Origin: a virus
DNA: 64,000 nucleotides
Reading direction: 5' to 3' (one strand)
IMG/VR virus record: IMGVR_UViG_3300045988_126562
Shown in pieces: positions 26,865-35,875 of the stretch. Below the pieces are notes generated by a model. That model was not told the DNA's origin and made no database searches. It saw only the letters and a program-made list of their open reading frames with translations. A program made the translations under genes and the position numbers. The first letter of the stretch is position 1; every line of letters begins with the position of its first letter.

Positions 26865-27758
26865 TTATTTCTTTATTTTTAATGTTGCGTAATTTTGATA
26901 ATCCTCTCCTCCAATAGGCTGTTTAAATTTAACATATCCGGACACTCCATATATTTCTACTTTTGTATCATTAAAGCATACAACGGATACATCGCCCATA
27001 GAATGATTACTTAAAAATCCAATGAGTTCTGAATATAGTCCTTTTCCTATTGTTCTATTTTCTAGAAAATTCTTAGGAACTACAAGATAGAGTTTATCAC
27101 AAGTTTTAATATTTCTAATATTTTCCTCTTCTGATTTATCTCTATACCATTCTACTACTTCATATCCTTCTTGGGAAAGATAAGTAGCTGTTAAGTCTCT
27201 TCCAAAATACGGAGACATATAACTTACTCCTAAAAAGACTTTCACTTTTTGGATATTCATTCTGCTCCATACTACTTTGTACGAGTCAAATTCTCCAATT
27301 AATACCCCTCCTTCTGGATTTACTACTTTAGTTACTTTCTTCAAAAAGGAATCATTTACAACGGTTACACAATCCTTTGCTGGATTATAAGCCCTGAGCG
27401 TTCCTTTATAAGAGGAGATAACGTAAATACTTCCGTCCTCCAGTTTCACCATTTGTCCCTCAGATATGGAAGGAACATTGTTTTCTACCTCAACATCCCA
27501 AATTCCTTTAACAATCCAAAGAGATGCCTCAATTCCTTTTAAGAAGGAGGATACCATCCACTCCAACCATAAAATATCATCTAGAGTACATGCCATTTCT
27601 CCCTCTTTTAAACGAACGGCTCTTATCTTTTTTCCTAAAGATTTTGCTATAGGAGAAAGAGTTGTTACTATTTCTTCATCATTTTTGCATATGAAGTATT
27701 TACCTTCTAGATGCGTTTTGTAAAATTCTTGTTTAGTCATATTATTTAATTGTATCAT
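26865..27758 (-). CDS. hypothetical protein
   Basis: 297 aa. Its C-terminal part is paralogous to 26297..26863 (FLGVSY, IGKGLY). Confidence 0.5.
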   Translation of the reverse strand: MIQLNNMTKQEFYKTHLEGKYFICKNDEEIVTTLSPIAKSLGKKIRAVRLKEGEMACTLDDILWLEWMVSSFLKGIEASLWIVKGIWDVEVENNVPSISEGQMVKLEDGSIYVISSYKGTLRAYNPAKDCVTVVNDSFLKKVTKVVNPEGGVLIGEFDSYKVVWSRMNIQKVKVFLGVSYMSPYFGRDLTATYLSQEGYEVVEWYRDKSEEENIRNIKTCDKLYLVVPKNFLENRTIGKGLYSELIGFLSNHSMGDVSVVCFNDTKVEIYGVSGYVKFKQPIGGEDYQNYATLKIKK

Positions 27759-27777
27759 AAGTTTCTAATTTGAAAGG

Positions 27778-27864
27778 CGGAGAGCACTGGAATCGAACCA
27801 GACACCCATACGGAGTGCAATCTGCTTAGCAGGCAGTCCCTATCACCATCAAGGATTACTCTCC
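27778..27864 (-). tRNA. tRNA-Ser(GCU)
   Basis: GGAGAGT/GCTCTCC acceptor, loop CTGCTAA, long variable arm, T loop TTCGATT, discriminator G. Confidence 0.85.
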
Positions 27865-27913
27865 AAGTAAATTATGAGGAAAGCATTATTATGCCCCCCC
27901 CCATTTTCTAGAG

Positions 27914-28156
27914 TTACAGCTTAATCATGTCCTCAAACTTTTTAGCCATAGCACGATTGTCAGAGGCAATCTTATTCAGAGCTTCCATTTCTTCCTGAGC
28001 CTTTTTCATCTCTTCTTGCTTCTTAGCTGCCTGAGCTTGAGCTTTATCAGCTAAATTTAACAACTTAGTAATGGTCTTATTAAATATACTTAAGATTGCA
28101 TTACTTTTACTCAGCATATTAGCTGAACTTCTTGAAAACGGATTTGTAAAAATCAT
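27914..28156 (-). CDS. hypothetical coiled-coil protein
   Basis: 80-aa ORF. Confidence 0.5.
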   Translation of the reverse strand: MIFTNPFSRSSANMLSKSNAILSIFNKTITKLLNLADKAQAQAAKKQEEMKKAQEEMEALNKIASDNRAMAKKFEDMIKL

Positions 28157-28344
28157 AATCTTCTCTTACTTGTTAATTATTAGATATTATTTTAAATTTT
28201 TTATCAAAGGATAGACTATGTTTCTTTCTCCACATACTGTATCTATCCGGACAGAATCACTTCCCAGTAGGATATGGAAAGTCTTATATGAGTTCAATTC
28301 TCAAACGAGTCAGCGCTTTAAATTAACTCGTCATAGTCTATAAG
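28157..28344 (-). ncRNA. unassigned structured RNA candidate
   Basis: 10-bp closing inverted repeat ATAGACTATG/CATAGTCTAT enclosing the hairpins ACGAGT..ACTCGT and ACTTTCC..GGGAAGT. No ORF. Confidence 0.3.
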
Positions 28345-28391
28345 TGCCTTCAGTGGGACTCGAACCCACACGGCCGAAGCCACTAGATCCT

Positions 28392-29228
28392 CAAGCTATG
28401 AGTCTTAGCTTCGACTATGTCTTAACCATATCTTTCGACTTAGGTTGCTGGTATATAGTCTGTACACATTTATAAATTGGGTTGGGCGTCAGGTGTCCCT
28501 CCGTTGTTTTCAGCCTATGTTTTCAAGGCATCCTTCTTTTAAAACATACGAACAAAAACGAATGTTCCCAATTTAACTTAGCTCGGCGTTATTTACATTT
28601 ATAAGGCTGTAACCTTCACCGAATTAGCCAGCTTCTACTTCAAGAGTTTCCTCTTGAGCACTCAATACCTTTCCTGAATAATTGTCTGTTTGTGCATGAC
28701 AATTTGGACAAAGAACTTGTAGATTTTCTAAACGATTATCTGTATGAATTCCGTTTAAATGGTGTAATTCAAGTGAAATAGGATGTCCTAACCACTCAGT
28801 TAAACCGCAGCATTCACATTTATGTTCTTTTATTCCTTCAGACAGAAGACGATTACGGATATTATGAGAAGTCCATCCTGAATTTTCAATTAAAATTTCA
28901 GAAATGTCTTTCTTTTTGATTGACGGATGTTCTCCACTTTTTAATCCTTTATTCCATCGTGCTCCTGTAAAATGACTCATATCTAAATTTAATTGTTGTA
29001 TCTTCTTTTTTACTGTATTAAGATTACCTCCTTTTGGAGATATTCCGATAATTCTACACACTTCGGCGTAAGAATGTCCTTCTTTTACAGCATTAATAAA
29101 TTGTTCTTCTGTATATTTTTTACTTGCCATGGTATATTATTTTAATACACTATTATACTAATAAAAATTGTATACACAAAAAATAATTTTAACTTAATAC
29201 TTCCAATTAATTTAGATGTAATTTTTTT
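28392..29228 (-). mobile_element. group I intron with HNH ORF in the tRNA-Leu anticodon loop
   Basis: Exon ends in U and intron ends in G. The 3' non-coding part carries R/S-like elements GTACAGACTATATACC and TAAGACATAGTCGAAG (P7 pairing GACTAT/ATAGTC). Confidence 0.7.
28624..29130 (-). CDS. intron-encoded HNH homing endonuclease
   Basis: Paralog of 22264..22734. CECCG...LHHLNGIHTDNRLENLQVLCPNCH. Confidence 0.8.
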   Translation of the reverse strand: MASKKYTEEQFINAVKEGHSYAEVCRIIGISPKGGNLNTVKKKIQQLNLDMSHFTGARWNKGLKSGEHPSIKKKDISEILIENSGWTSHNIRNRLLSEGIKEHKCECCGLTEWLGHPISLELHHLNGIHTDNRLENLQVLCPNCHAQTDNYSGKVLSAQEETLEVEAG

Positions 29229-29277
29229 AAGTCTAGCGTGTCTACCAATTCCACCATGAAGGCTTTAACTCTTGGGT

Positions 29278-29610
29278 TTACAAGAGTAATAATAAAAATT
29301 CTTCTTCCACCGTATGACTGAAAGATAATTCCAATAGAGCCTTTTTAACTTTTATAAAAGCTTCTGTATCGCTAGAGTTCCATTCTGGCCATGCTCCACC
29401 TCCAGCCCTATATCCATATACTTTACTTAAAAAAGATTGATAGTCTCTTATTCCTAAGTCTTCGAATAATGAACATACTTTTGTACCAGAATGTCCAGTC
29501 ATAATTCTACCATCATTTAGAGTTTTACGCTCAACCACTTCTACGAATACAGACTTCTCCCTTAATTTAAATTCGTAGTGCTTTGTCCTTATTACAAATA
29601 CCTCTTCCAT
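29278..29610 (-). CDS. hypothetical protein with C-terminal EEEFLLLLL
   Basis: 110-aa ORF. Confidence 0.5.
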   Translation of the reverse strand: MEEVFVIRTKHYEFKLREKSVFVEVVERKTLNDGRIMTGHSGTKVCSLFEDLGIRDYQSFLSKVYGYRAGGGAWPEWNSSDTEAFIKVKKALLELSFSHTVEEEFLLLLL

Positions 29611-29626
29611 AAAACATATTATTTGG

Positions 29627-29700
29627 TGTTCCCCACCGGGATTGAACCGATAACCGCCTGATTATGAGTCAGGTGCTCTAACCAATTGAGCTAGGGGAAC
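29627..29700 (-). tRNA. tRNA-Met(CAU), elongator type
   Basis: GTTCCCC/GGGGAAC acceptor, loop CTCATAA, T loop TTCAATC. The 3' CCA is genomically encoded (29624..29626). Confidence 0.8.
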
Positions 29701-29708
29701 TTTAAAAA

Positions 29709-30785
29709 TTACATTATTTCTTTATCACAGTTAAACATAGACAATTCTATTCCTCTGAACTTAGAATATATTGGTTGAAGATCAGAAAAGCTACATTCTT
29801 TTAGATTGTTAATATAAGTTAGTTGGTCTTTGAGATCCCAACAAGTAAAACATATTTTGGAGGAAACGTTTATACCTTCTTTTTCCGTTATAATTCTGTT
29901 ACAATTAATGGAATGGTTAAGAAGATCTAAATCTAATTTAGCGTATTTTAAAGATCCTTGAAACTTATTATATACATTAATTTCTTCAGGATTAACAATG
30001 TTCTCTAGTGGTTCTGATAATATAGGCCCATTTCCATGTCTAGTTATATATATTCTAGATACATAATTTACTATTATATCTTTCACACCAATAGACTTTA
30101 TAATTTTATAAGCATTTTCTCCAGTTGTATTAGAAGGAGTAGTGTGTGGATAGAATCCAAATTTTTGATCTAGTAGTATTCCTTGAGATCCTTCAAATAT
30201 AATATTAGAAAAGCTAGGTTTTAAGAATCCTATTTTATTTCTTTTGAACCAGTTAATATAAGATTCTGCTAATTCTTCTATATTAACACAGGTTTCATTA
30301 TAATACTCTAATATAGAATTTAGCTTGGAGAGCAACACTTTTTTATTTTGACATTCTTCCACTGTAAGGGAGCAGCATTCCATAACTCTTTTAATAGCCG
30401 GCCAATATCCGGTTCCTACGGTTCCATGTTTTAAATTATCCTTATCTTTTCTTTGAAAAGATATATCCATAGGAGTAATTACTTGACATAAGGGATTATA
30501 TATTACCTTTGGAGTTACATTGAACTTTTCTAATAAAATTTTACTTTCAACTATAGCAGACAAGGGGTTTACAAAACAATACTCTGACCAATAAGTAGGA
30601 CATCCTTTAAAAGTTCCACTTCCAAAATTACTGAAAACGTGTTTTTTGTTTCCAGAAATAACTGTATGACCACTTTGTGATCCGCCACTAAATCTTACTA
30701 TAATGGAGTTTGAGTCAGATAGGTTATGCACTATCTGACCCTTGCCCTCGTCTCCAAAAAAGGCTCCTAAAACTATATGTATCAT
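29709..30785 (-). CDS. adenylosuccinate synthetase family protein, short form (PurA/PurZ-like)
   Basis: 358 aa with P-loop GDEGKGQ, RFSGGSQSGHTV, GTVGTGYW, FEGSQG and TRHGNGP. Confidence 0.7.
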   Translation of the reverse strand: MIHIVLGAFFGDEGKGQIVHNLSDSNSIIVRFSGGSQSGHTVISGNKKHVFSNFGSGTFKGCPTYWSEYCFVNPLSAIVESKILLEKFNVTPKVIYNPLCQVITPMDISFQRKDKDNLKHGTVGTGYWPAIKRVMECCSLTVEECQNKKVLLSKLNSILEYYNETCVNIEELAESYINWFKRNKIGFLKPSFSNIIFEGSQGILLDQKFGFYPHTTPSNTTGENAYKIIKSIGVKDIIVNYVSRIYITRHGNGPILSEPLENIVNPEEINVYNKFQGSLKYAKLDLDLLNHSINCNRIITEKEGINVSSKICFTCWDLKDQLTYINNLKECSFSDLQPIYSKFRGIELSMFNCDKEIM

Positions 30786-31675
30786 AAAAACGTGGGAAAA
30801 TCCTCTACTTTTTTAGATATACTTTCTGAATTACAATTTTTAATAGCATTTCCAATAATTTCTGGAATATTTTCTGAGTTAGAAGAAAGAAGATTGTCCC
30901 CTACTAATCTTTCCCATCCGTTCTTTATCCTGCTAAATGGATAACTTCCATCGGTACAGTGAATGTGAAATACGTGATATTGCTCTTGTGCTTTTTCCAA
31001 AGCTTCTTTAGCTGTAATATCACTACATCCATTTTCATATTGTAAATGTCTATGTAGATATGTACTTTTAATGCATTCGTGACAAGGCTCATCACCTATG
31101 GTAAATAAAAATCCTTTCTTTCCTCTTTTGAACCAAGCATCAGTTTCTGTATGATAACCAGCTATAATCCAGGATAAAAGATAACTTTCCCCACCATTTC
31201 CTCCACCACCTCCTTCAATATAGAAGGTCTTAAGAGAATTAACTATTTTTTCACTGTCAATTTCAAATTGGTCTACTTGAATTGGATAAGAGTCAGAATA
31301 ATGGTCTCCAATAGCCATAAATAAAATCTGTGGGTCTTGAACTCCAATTTCTTTTAAATATGACATTAGATGAGGAAATTGATTTTTGATTAGATTTAGA
31401 GGAATCCTACCCATAGATCCAGTTACATCAAAAGCTATAATAATAGGAGTAGTATTAGGATGTTCCTCACTATCTCTACATTCTCTTACTCCTACATTTA
31501 ACATTTCTTTAGGAACAGAAGTATTATGTATCCTGGCTCCCAAATTAAAGTCTGACGATAATTTATTGGTCTGTATATGAGAACTAAAAGTATCTCTGAC
31601 GCTAGAGGATGCAGTAATATTAGCATTCTTTGTAGCCGCCATATATGAGCATTCAGTATAAACTCCGTATCCCAT
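30782..31675 (-). CDS. von Willebrand factor A domain protein
   Basis: MIDAS-like AFDVTGSMG. Overlapping stop/start with the PurA-like gene. Confidence 0.55.
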   Translation of the reverse strand: MGYGVYTECSYMAATKNANITASSSVRDTFSSHIQTNKLSSDFNLGARIHNTSVPKEMLNVGVRECRDSEEHPNTTPIIIAFDVTGSMGRIPLNLIKNQFPHLMSYLKEIGVQDPQILFMAIGDHYSDSYPIQVDQFEIDSEKIVNSLKTFYIEGGGGGNGGESYLLSWIIAGYHTETDAWFKRGKKGFLFTIGDEPCHECIKSTYLHRHLQYENGCSDITAKEALEKAQEQYHVFHIHCTDGSYPFSRIKNGWERLVGDNLLSSNSENIPEIIGNAIKNCNSESISKKVEDFPTFL

Positions 31676-31677
31676 TC

Positions 31678-32010
31678 TTAATCCTCCTCTTTAAACCATT
31701 CATCGTAAGTATCTTGAGCTAACTTTAACTCAATTTCTTTATTTCTTAACTTCACTTTCAAGTTTTGTACTTGACTTACAAACTCTGATGGATTGAATGA
31801 CTTTGAAGCTAAAGTTAAAGAATCAGACGTTCTAACTGATAAATCTGTTAAAGAAGCCAATTCATTTTCTAATCCAAACTTCTCCTTCTTTAAGTTATTT
31901 ACCAGAGATTGTTGTTCCATCTCTACAATTTGAGCAATCTGATCTGCTCTTTTTACTAGCAAGGCATTGCCAGTTTCTGATAACATCTGCTTAAAATTTC
32001 CCATATTCAT
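31678..32010 (-). CDS. hypothetical coiled-coil protein
   Basis: 110-aa ORF. Confidence 0.5.
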   Translation of the reverse strand: MNMGNFKQMLSETGNALLVKRADQIAQIVEMEQQSLVNNLKKEKFGLENELASLTDLSVRTSDSLTLASKSFNPSEFVSQVQNLKVKLRNKEIELKLAQDTYDEWFKEED

Positions 32011-32153
32011 TTAATTATTATATAATTCCTATGACCTTTAAAAGTTGTATACCATATTATAACAGTATTCTTTTCTGTTATATCTACATATGGTCTTAAT
32101 ATTATATGTATATATAGCAAAATTACTATTAATATACAGAAAAGTACTATCAT
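32007..32153 (-). CDS. small hydrophobic protein
   Basis: 48-aa sub-threshold ORF MIVLFCILIVILLYIHIIL... whose stop overlaps the next ATG. Confidence 0.35.
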   Translation of the reverse strand: MIVLFCILIVILLYIHIILRPYVDITEKNTVIIWYTTFKGHRNYIIIK

Positions 32154-32158
32154 ATTTC

Positions 32159-32446
32159 TTATTTTCTAGAATATTTAACTTGTGACTCTTTAAAATATTC
32201 TTCATATTCCTCTGGATCTTTTATATATCTACTTTGACTTTTGAATCTATAGTCTAATATATAATCACACCAATCCCAATCGTTTACCAGCACTTTTGGA
32301 TGAGGAAGTTCGTAAGAATCTTTATCAATCAAATTTATTATATCTCTAACTTTTTGCCTAATTCTTCTTTTTATCTTTCTTCTAAACTCATTGTGACGAG
32401 CTATACCATGATCCTTATAAATAGGAACTTTTTTACTTTTAGACAT
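32159..32446 (-). CDS. hypothetical basic protein
   Basis: 95-aa ORF. Confidence 0.5.
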   Translation of the reverse strand: MSKSKKVPIYKDHGIARHNEFRRKIKRRIRQKVRDIINLIDKDSYELPHPKVLVNDWDWCDYILDYRFKSQSRYIKDPEEYEEYFKESQVKYSRK

Positions 32447-32467
32447 AAAGAAACAGATTTTAAGATG

Positions 32468-32539
32468 TAGCGACAGAAGGACTTGAACCTTCGACCAAGA
32501 GTTTATGATTCTCCTACTCTACCACTGAGCTATGTCGCC
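32468..32539 (-). tRNA. tRNA with CAU anticodon (Ile2/lysidine-type or Met)
   Basis: GGCGACA/TGTCGCT acceptor, loop ATCATAA, TTGGTC-GAAGG-TTCAAGT-CCTTC. Third CAU tRNA in the window. Confidence 0.7.
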
Positions 32540-32645
32540 ATACATAAGATGTAATATCAGTTTTAACCCTACCTTGGAACGGGAAAGTTTCCTTTCCCGT
32601 TGCTATTATTAGCACGCATGCGCTTTACACCTTAGTATTAACTTT

Positions 32646-33200
32646 TTATGAACACCAGCTGTATTTCAATATACCTCCATAGATGGCATCGAAATAGAGC
32701 TTTTTGAACTGCTCGCTAAAATAGTCTGCTATTTCTCTACTCCGGCAAGCGAAGCCGATACCGGCATCAGAACCGCTAGAATCATAATAAGCATCGAAAC
32801 AAGCGACGCCGCCATTATCATCGGCAGAAACATTAGAGCGCAGCCGGTATTTTTTACCTTCATAAAGAAATAGAGGATTACTTTCTATCTTATACTCTTT
32901 AGGAGTACTAGATTCTAGATATATTTTTAGCCAAGGATAATACCAAGCACCCTCTGTAAGATGGAATTTATGATCCCCATTCAATGCTCTTAAGATAGTC
33001 TCACATTTGATTCTTGCAGCTAGATGTTTGGGCATGTCATCAACATAGGATGGTCTTTCTTCTCCCAAGACTTTAAGTGCGTCCTCGTAGGTTTTAACTC
33101 TTTCTCTAATGTCAGAGTCTACAAAATCAATACTTTGAGTACTTTCGTTGTAAACTGGAATTTTACCCTCTGGGGCATTAATTGTAATTTGATAATTCAT
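32646..33200 (-). CDS. hypothetical protein
   Basis: 184-aa ORF. Confidence 0.55.
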   Translation of the reverse strand: MNYQITINAPEGKIPVYNESTQSIDFVDSDIRERVKTYEDALKVLGEERPSYVDDMPKHLAARIKCETILRALNGDHKFHLTEGAWYYPWLKIYLESSTPKEYKIESNPLFLYEGKKYRLRSNVSADDNGGVACFDAYYDSSGSDAGIGFACRSREIADYFSEQFKKLYFDAIYGGILKYSWCS

Positions 33201-33201
33201 A

Positions 33202-33408
33202 TTATTTAAGTTCTTTAAGTATGTCTTCGAATAAATTAGTAAATACTGCTTTTCTTAAACAGAATATAGTATTAATTACAGGAGTAAGAGCTATAATTAC
33301 TCTTGGAAGAGTTGGTCTTCCTAATTCTGTTTCTTCACGACACATATAATAACCAATAGTTCCCATTACAGATAATATCCATATAAAAAAAATAATTAAT
33401 CCTATCAT
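33202..33408 (-). CDS. small membrane protein
   Basis: 68 aa with two hydrophobic segments. Confidence 0.5.
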   Translation of the reverse strand: MIGLIIFFIWILSVMGTIGYYMCREETELGRPTLPRVIIALTPVINTIFCLRKAVFTNLFEDILKELK

Positions 33409-33432
33409 GTTTATTTTTGTTTTGCTAATTAG

Positions 33433-33506
33433 AGCCTCCTGTCAGACTCGAACTGACAACATCTTCATTACAAGTGAAGTGCAACTACCAATTGTGCTAA
33501 GGAGGC
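33433..33506 (-). tRNA. tRNA-Thr(UGU)
   Basis: GCCTCCT/AGGAGGC acceptor, loop CTTGTAA, T loop TTCGAGT. Confidence 0.85.
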
Positions 33507-34048
33507 AAGCTAGGCTAATTATACGGGTTAGCCTTTGATCCCTTTATAGTTTTTCGTCACGTGGAAACTACTAAACCCGGCATCCTGTCTTATATACCGC
33601 GTGAGCTGGCGGTCTATATATAGTATTGTAAAGAGTGTGCTGTTACACCAAATGCTCTAAGGGCGATTATTGACATTGAACGTATGTGCACAGTGACTTA
33701 ATGTATGCACTAGCTGACTTTCGTTCTCCTACTAACAGCTAAGGTATCACGTACCTCCCAATCTTAATTCCAGGCTCCTCCCGTACTATTGGAACTTATC
33801 AATAATTGGCTCCGACACTTAATATCACATTGAGCAACGTATAGGAACCCTTGTCATTTCAGACTTGGAATACTACTCTCCGAGATTAATGCTTGTACCT
33901 CCCTGCGGTTCTACGGAAGGACTAGTAAGTCCTATACCTTCACGCTTGTCCACATCATGTTAGCTATACATGACTTAAGGATATACCATAACTTCCGCTC
34001 GCAACTCTTTAAATGATGGCTACTTCCAAGCCTACATCCTCATTACAA
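33507..34048 (-). ncRNA. large unassigned structured RNA candidate (542 nt)
   Basis: No ORF of 60 aa or more on either strand. G+C-richer than its surroundings, with many local helices. Abuts a tRNA 5' end. Confidence 0.45.
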
Positions 34049-34318
34049 TTACTCTTCTATTTCTACTCTTGTTTCACTATAATTATCATTGAAAAGATCA
34101 CTATCAAGATCGATTCCTTGATCCCTGGCAAATAGAGATCCGTTAAATTTTAAGAAGTTTTTGATTGCTTCTTCATTCCAAACTTCGGGCAGATCCCAAT
34201 CCTCTGGAACTCCATCGTCAAGAGATGTTAAATCACTATTTTCAATACATTCTGCACAAGCAGCTGCTAAACCCTCTAAGGATTCAAAATCTAATACTGT
34301 ACTTAGTACTACTTTCAT
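34049..34318 (-). CDS. hypothetical acidic protein
   Basis: 89-aa ORF. Confidence 0.5.
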   Translation of the reverse strand: MKVVLSTVLDFESLEGLAAACAECIENSDLTSLDDGVPEDWDLPEVWNEEAIKNFLKFNGSLFARDQGIDLDSDLFNDNYSETRVEIEE

Positions 34319-34350
34319 CTTTAATTTAAAATTTTTGTTGTTATAAAAAC

Positions 34351-34480
34351 AAGTTAGTTTTACCAGAATAGGACTCGAACCTATAACCTCTTGATAAAAT
34401 TCAAGGCTCTACCAATTGAGCTATACGTCTCTGGATTTAAGTTGGTAGACGTAAATTTTTTATATTGCTGTTCCTAACTT
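34351..34480 (-). ncRNA. modular RNA unit with tRNA-like domain (non-canonical order)
   Basis: Closing helix AAGTTAG/CTAACTT and boundary GAACAGCAAT. Inside: acceptor-type hairpin TACGTCT..AGACGTA, D arm TA-GCTC-AATTGGTA-GAGC, hairpin CTTGA-ATTTTA-TCAAG, T arm ATAGG-TTCGAGT-CCTAT. Confidence 0.45.
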
Positions 34481-34641
34481 TATGTAATAAAAAATATGTA
34501 GAACAACGACTTAACATAAAAGCATAAGGACTTTTAGTCCAAAATCTAAGCTCCTTAAATTTGAATTTCTACAAATATTCCACTTTTTACGAGTTACATT
34601 TATCCTTGCCAGGCTAGGGTCAAAATATTTTATTTAAACAG

Positions 34642-34845
34642 TTAATCCCAATACCATATTTCTCTGCTCATAGCAAATCTCATAGATATTTTACCTTCTA
34701 AAGTCTTGAACCACTTTTTATGTCTAAAAAATTGGAATCTGCATTTTCCTTTTCTTCCTCCACAAACTTTATATTTCCATCTTCTGCTATGTGGGTTTCT
34801 TCCAATTTGTTTTCTAGTCATTTTCCATTTTTTACCGTAGCTCAT
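34642..34845 (-). CDS. small basic protein
   Basis: Track ORF 34642..34983 trimmed to Met47 because the upstream codons translate tRNA-Ser. Confidence 0.4.
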   Translation of the reverse strand: MSYGKKWKMTRKQIGRNPHSRRWKYKVCGGRKGKCRFQFFRHKKWFKTLEGKISMRFAMSREIWYWD

Positions 34846-34864
34846 AATTTCATTGATTTGGTAG

Positions 34865-34956
34865 AGGAGGAAGTCGGACTCGAACCGACACATCACTTTT
34901 ACATGATTACTGGGAGTTTTCAAGACTCCTGCCTTACCAATTAGGCTTATTCCTCC
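34865..34956 (-). tRNA. tRNA-Ser(UGA)
   Basis: GGAGGAA/TTCCTCC acceptor, arm GGAGT-CTTGAAA-ACTCC, long variable arm, T arm GTCGG-TTCGAGT-CCGAC. Confidence 0.85.
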
Positions 34957-35044
34957 ATTTGTGGACTCAACCGTAGTCCACATGGTGCGATAAGTGTTTT
35001 ATATTTTGCAGGGGCGCACTTTCCACTAACCCCGAACGGTAATT

Positions 35045-35344
35045 TTATGCCGCATACTCAAGTATACCTTCTCTTATTAAGTCTTTAGATTTTTGTCTTT
35101 CCTTTTTAATTTCTCTGTGATTATCCATTTGATCAGATACATAAGAGTTTGTTACAGCCGTTTTCTTTAATAATTTAGAAAACTTAACTTTATCCAAAAA
35201 ATCTGTAATAGATTCGCATCTTTTTCCTATTCTATTTCTTTTACTTGGATTGTCTTGATACCAGTAAGAGTAAGAATAATAAATTTTTCTAGCTCTTGAT
35301 AGCCATTTTCTTTTGGCTAATTCTCTTCTTTGCTCTCTATTCAT
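35045..35344 (-). CDS. hypothetical basic protein
   Basis: 99-aa ORF. Confidence 0.5.
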   Translation of the reverse strand: MNREQRRELAKRKWLSRARKIYYSYSYWYQDNPSKRNRIGKRCESITDFLDKVKFSKLLKKTAVTNSYVSDQMDNHREIKKERQKSKDLIREGILEYAA

Positions 35345-35369
35345 ATTGATAAAGTTTAAAAAAATTAAC

Positions 35370-35472
35370 AGAAGACTATGCCGACTTGCACTTACGGCTG
35401 GATTTGAACCAGTTTAATTTGAATTTCAGTCAAATTTGTGAACCATTTTATTTGATTTGCTGTAAGTCTTCT
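35370..35472 (-). ncRNA. modular RNA unit with T-loop hairpin
   Basis: Closing helix AGAAGACT/AGTCTTCT. Boundaries TACAGCAAAT and TCTGTTA. Inside: TTTGA-CTGAAAT-TCAAA and CTGG-TTCAAAT-CCAG hairpins. Confidence 0.45.
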
Positions 35473-35480
35473 TATAAATC

Positions 35481-35584
35481 AGGATACCTAAACTCAATTG
35501 TGCTCCAAATAGCAATTCTCCACATTGGTGAATATAAGACTCGAACTTATTATAACTAGTTACTGAATTTGCTGTCTGTATCCT
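35481..35584 (-). ncRNA. modular RNA unit with circularly permuted tRNA-like domain
   Basis: Closing helix AGGATAC/GTATCCT. Order: T arm ATAAG-TTCGAGT-CTTAT, acceptor hairpin ATTCACC-AATGT-GGAGAAT, D arm GCT-ATTTGG-AGC. Confidence 0.55.
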
Positions 35585-35734
35585 TGTTTGATGGATGCCA
35601 GCCGTTTCTATTCCATCATTGCGTACTACGTTGCTGGCTAACGTCTAAGACTTCCATGTCCTCACGTTATCTTAGAATTAGTGTGATTATTATTGCCTAG
35701 CTAATTTCTTAGCTGGGAGGATTACGCTAAAGAG

Positions 35735-35807
35735 TACCCCCAACGGGATTCGAACCCGTGACTTCACATCGAAAGTGTGACGACTTAAACCACTTGTCGA
35801 TAGGGGC
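35735..35807 (-). tRNA. tRNA-Glu(UUC)
   Basis: GCCCCTA/TGGGGGT acceptor, arm TCACA-CTTTCGA-TGTGA, T arm ACGGG-TTCGAAT-CCCGT. Confidence 0.85.
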
Positions 35808-35875
35808 ATATATAGGTTACTAATCTCACGATCCATAACCTATTAAATTTATTATGAACACTTTTTATTGTGTTT

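Larger units (their letters stand above)
28345..29263 (-). tRNA. tRNA-Leu (UAG, or UAA depending on the exact junction) interrupted by a group I intron
   Basis: 5' exon 29229..29263 GCCTTCA-TG-GTG..CAC-G-CTAGA-CTT. 3' exon 28345..28391 AGGA-TCTAG, long variable arm, TGGG-TTCGAGT-CCCA-TGAAGGC-A. Confidence 0.8.

Noticed and set aside
35370-35472. Reading this unit as an ordinary AT-rich tRNA-Phe(GAA) with acceptor ACTTAC/GTAAGT.
   Set aside because: No D arm can be formed and the T stem has a mismatch. The stronger outer helix AGAAGACT/AGTCTTCT and the boundary motifs place it in the modular-unit family.
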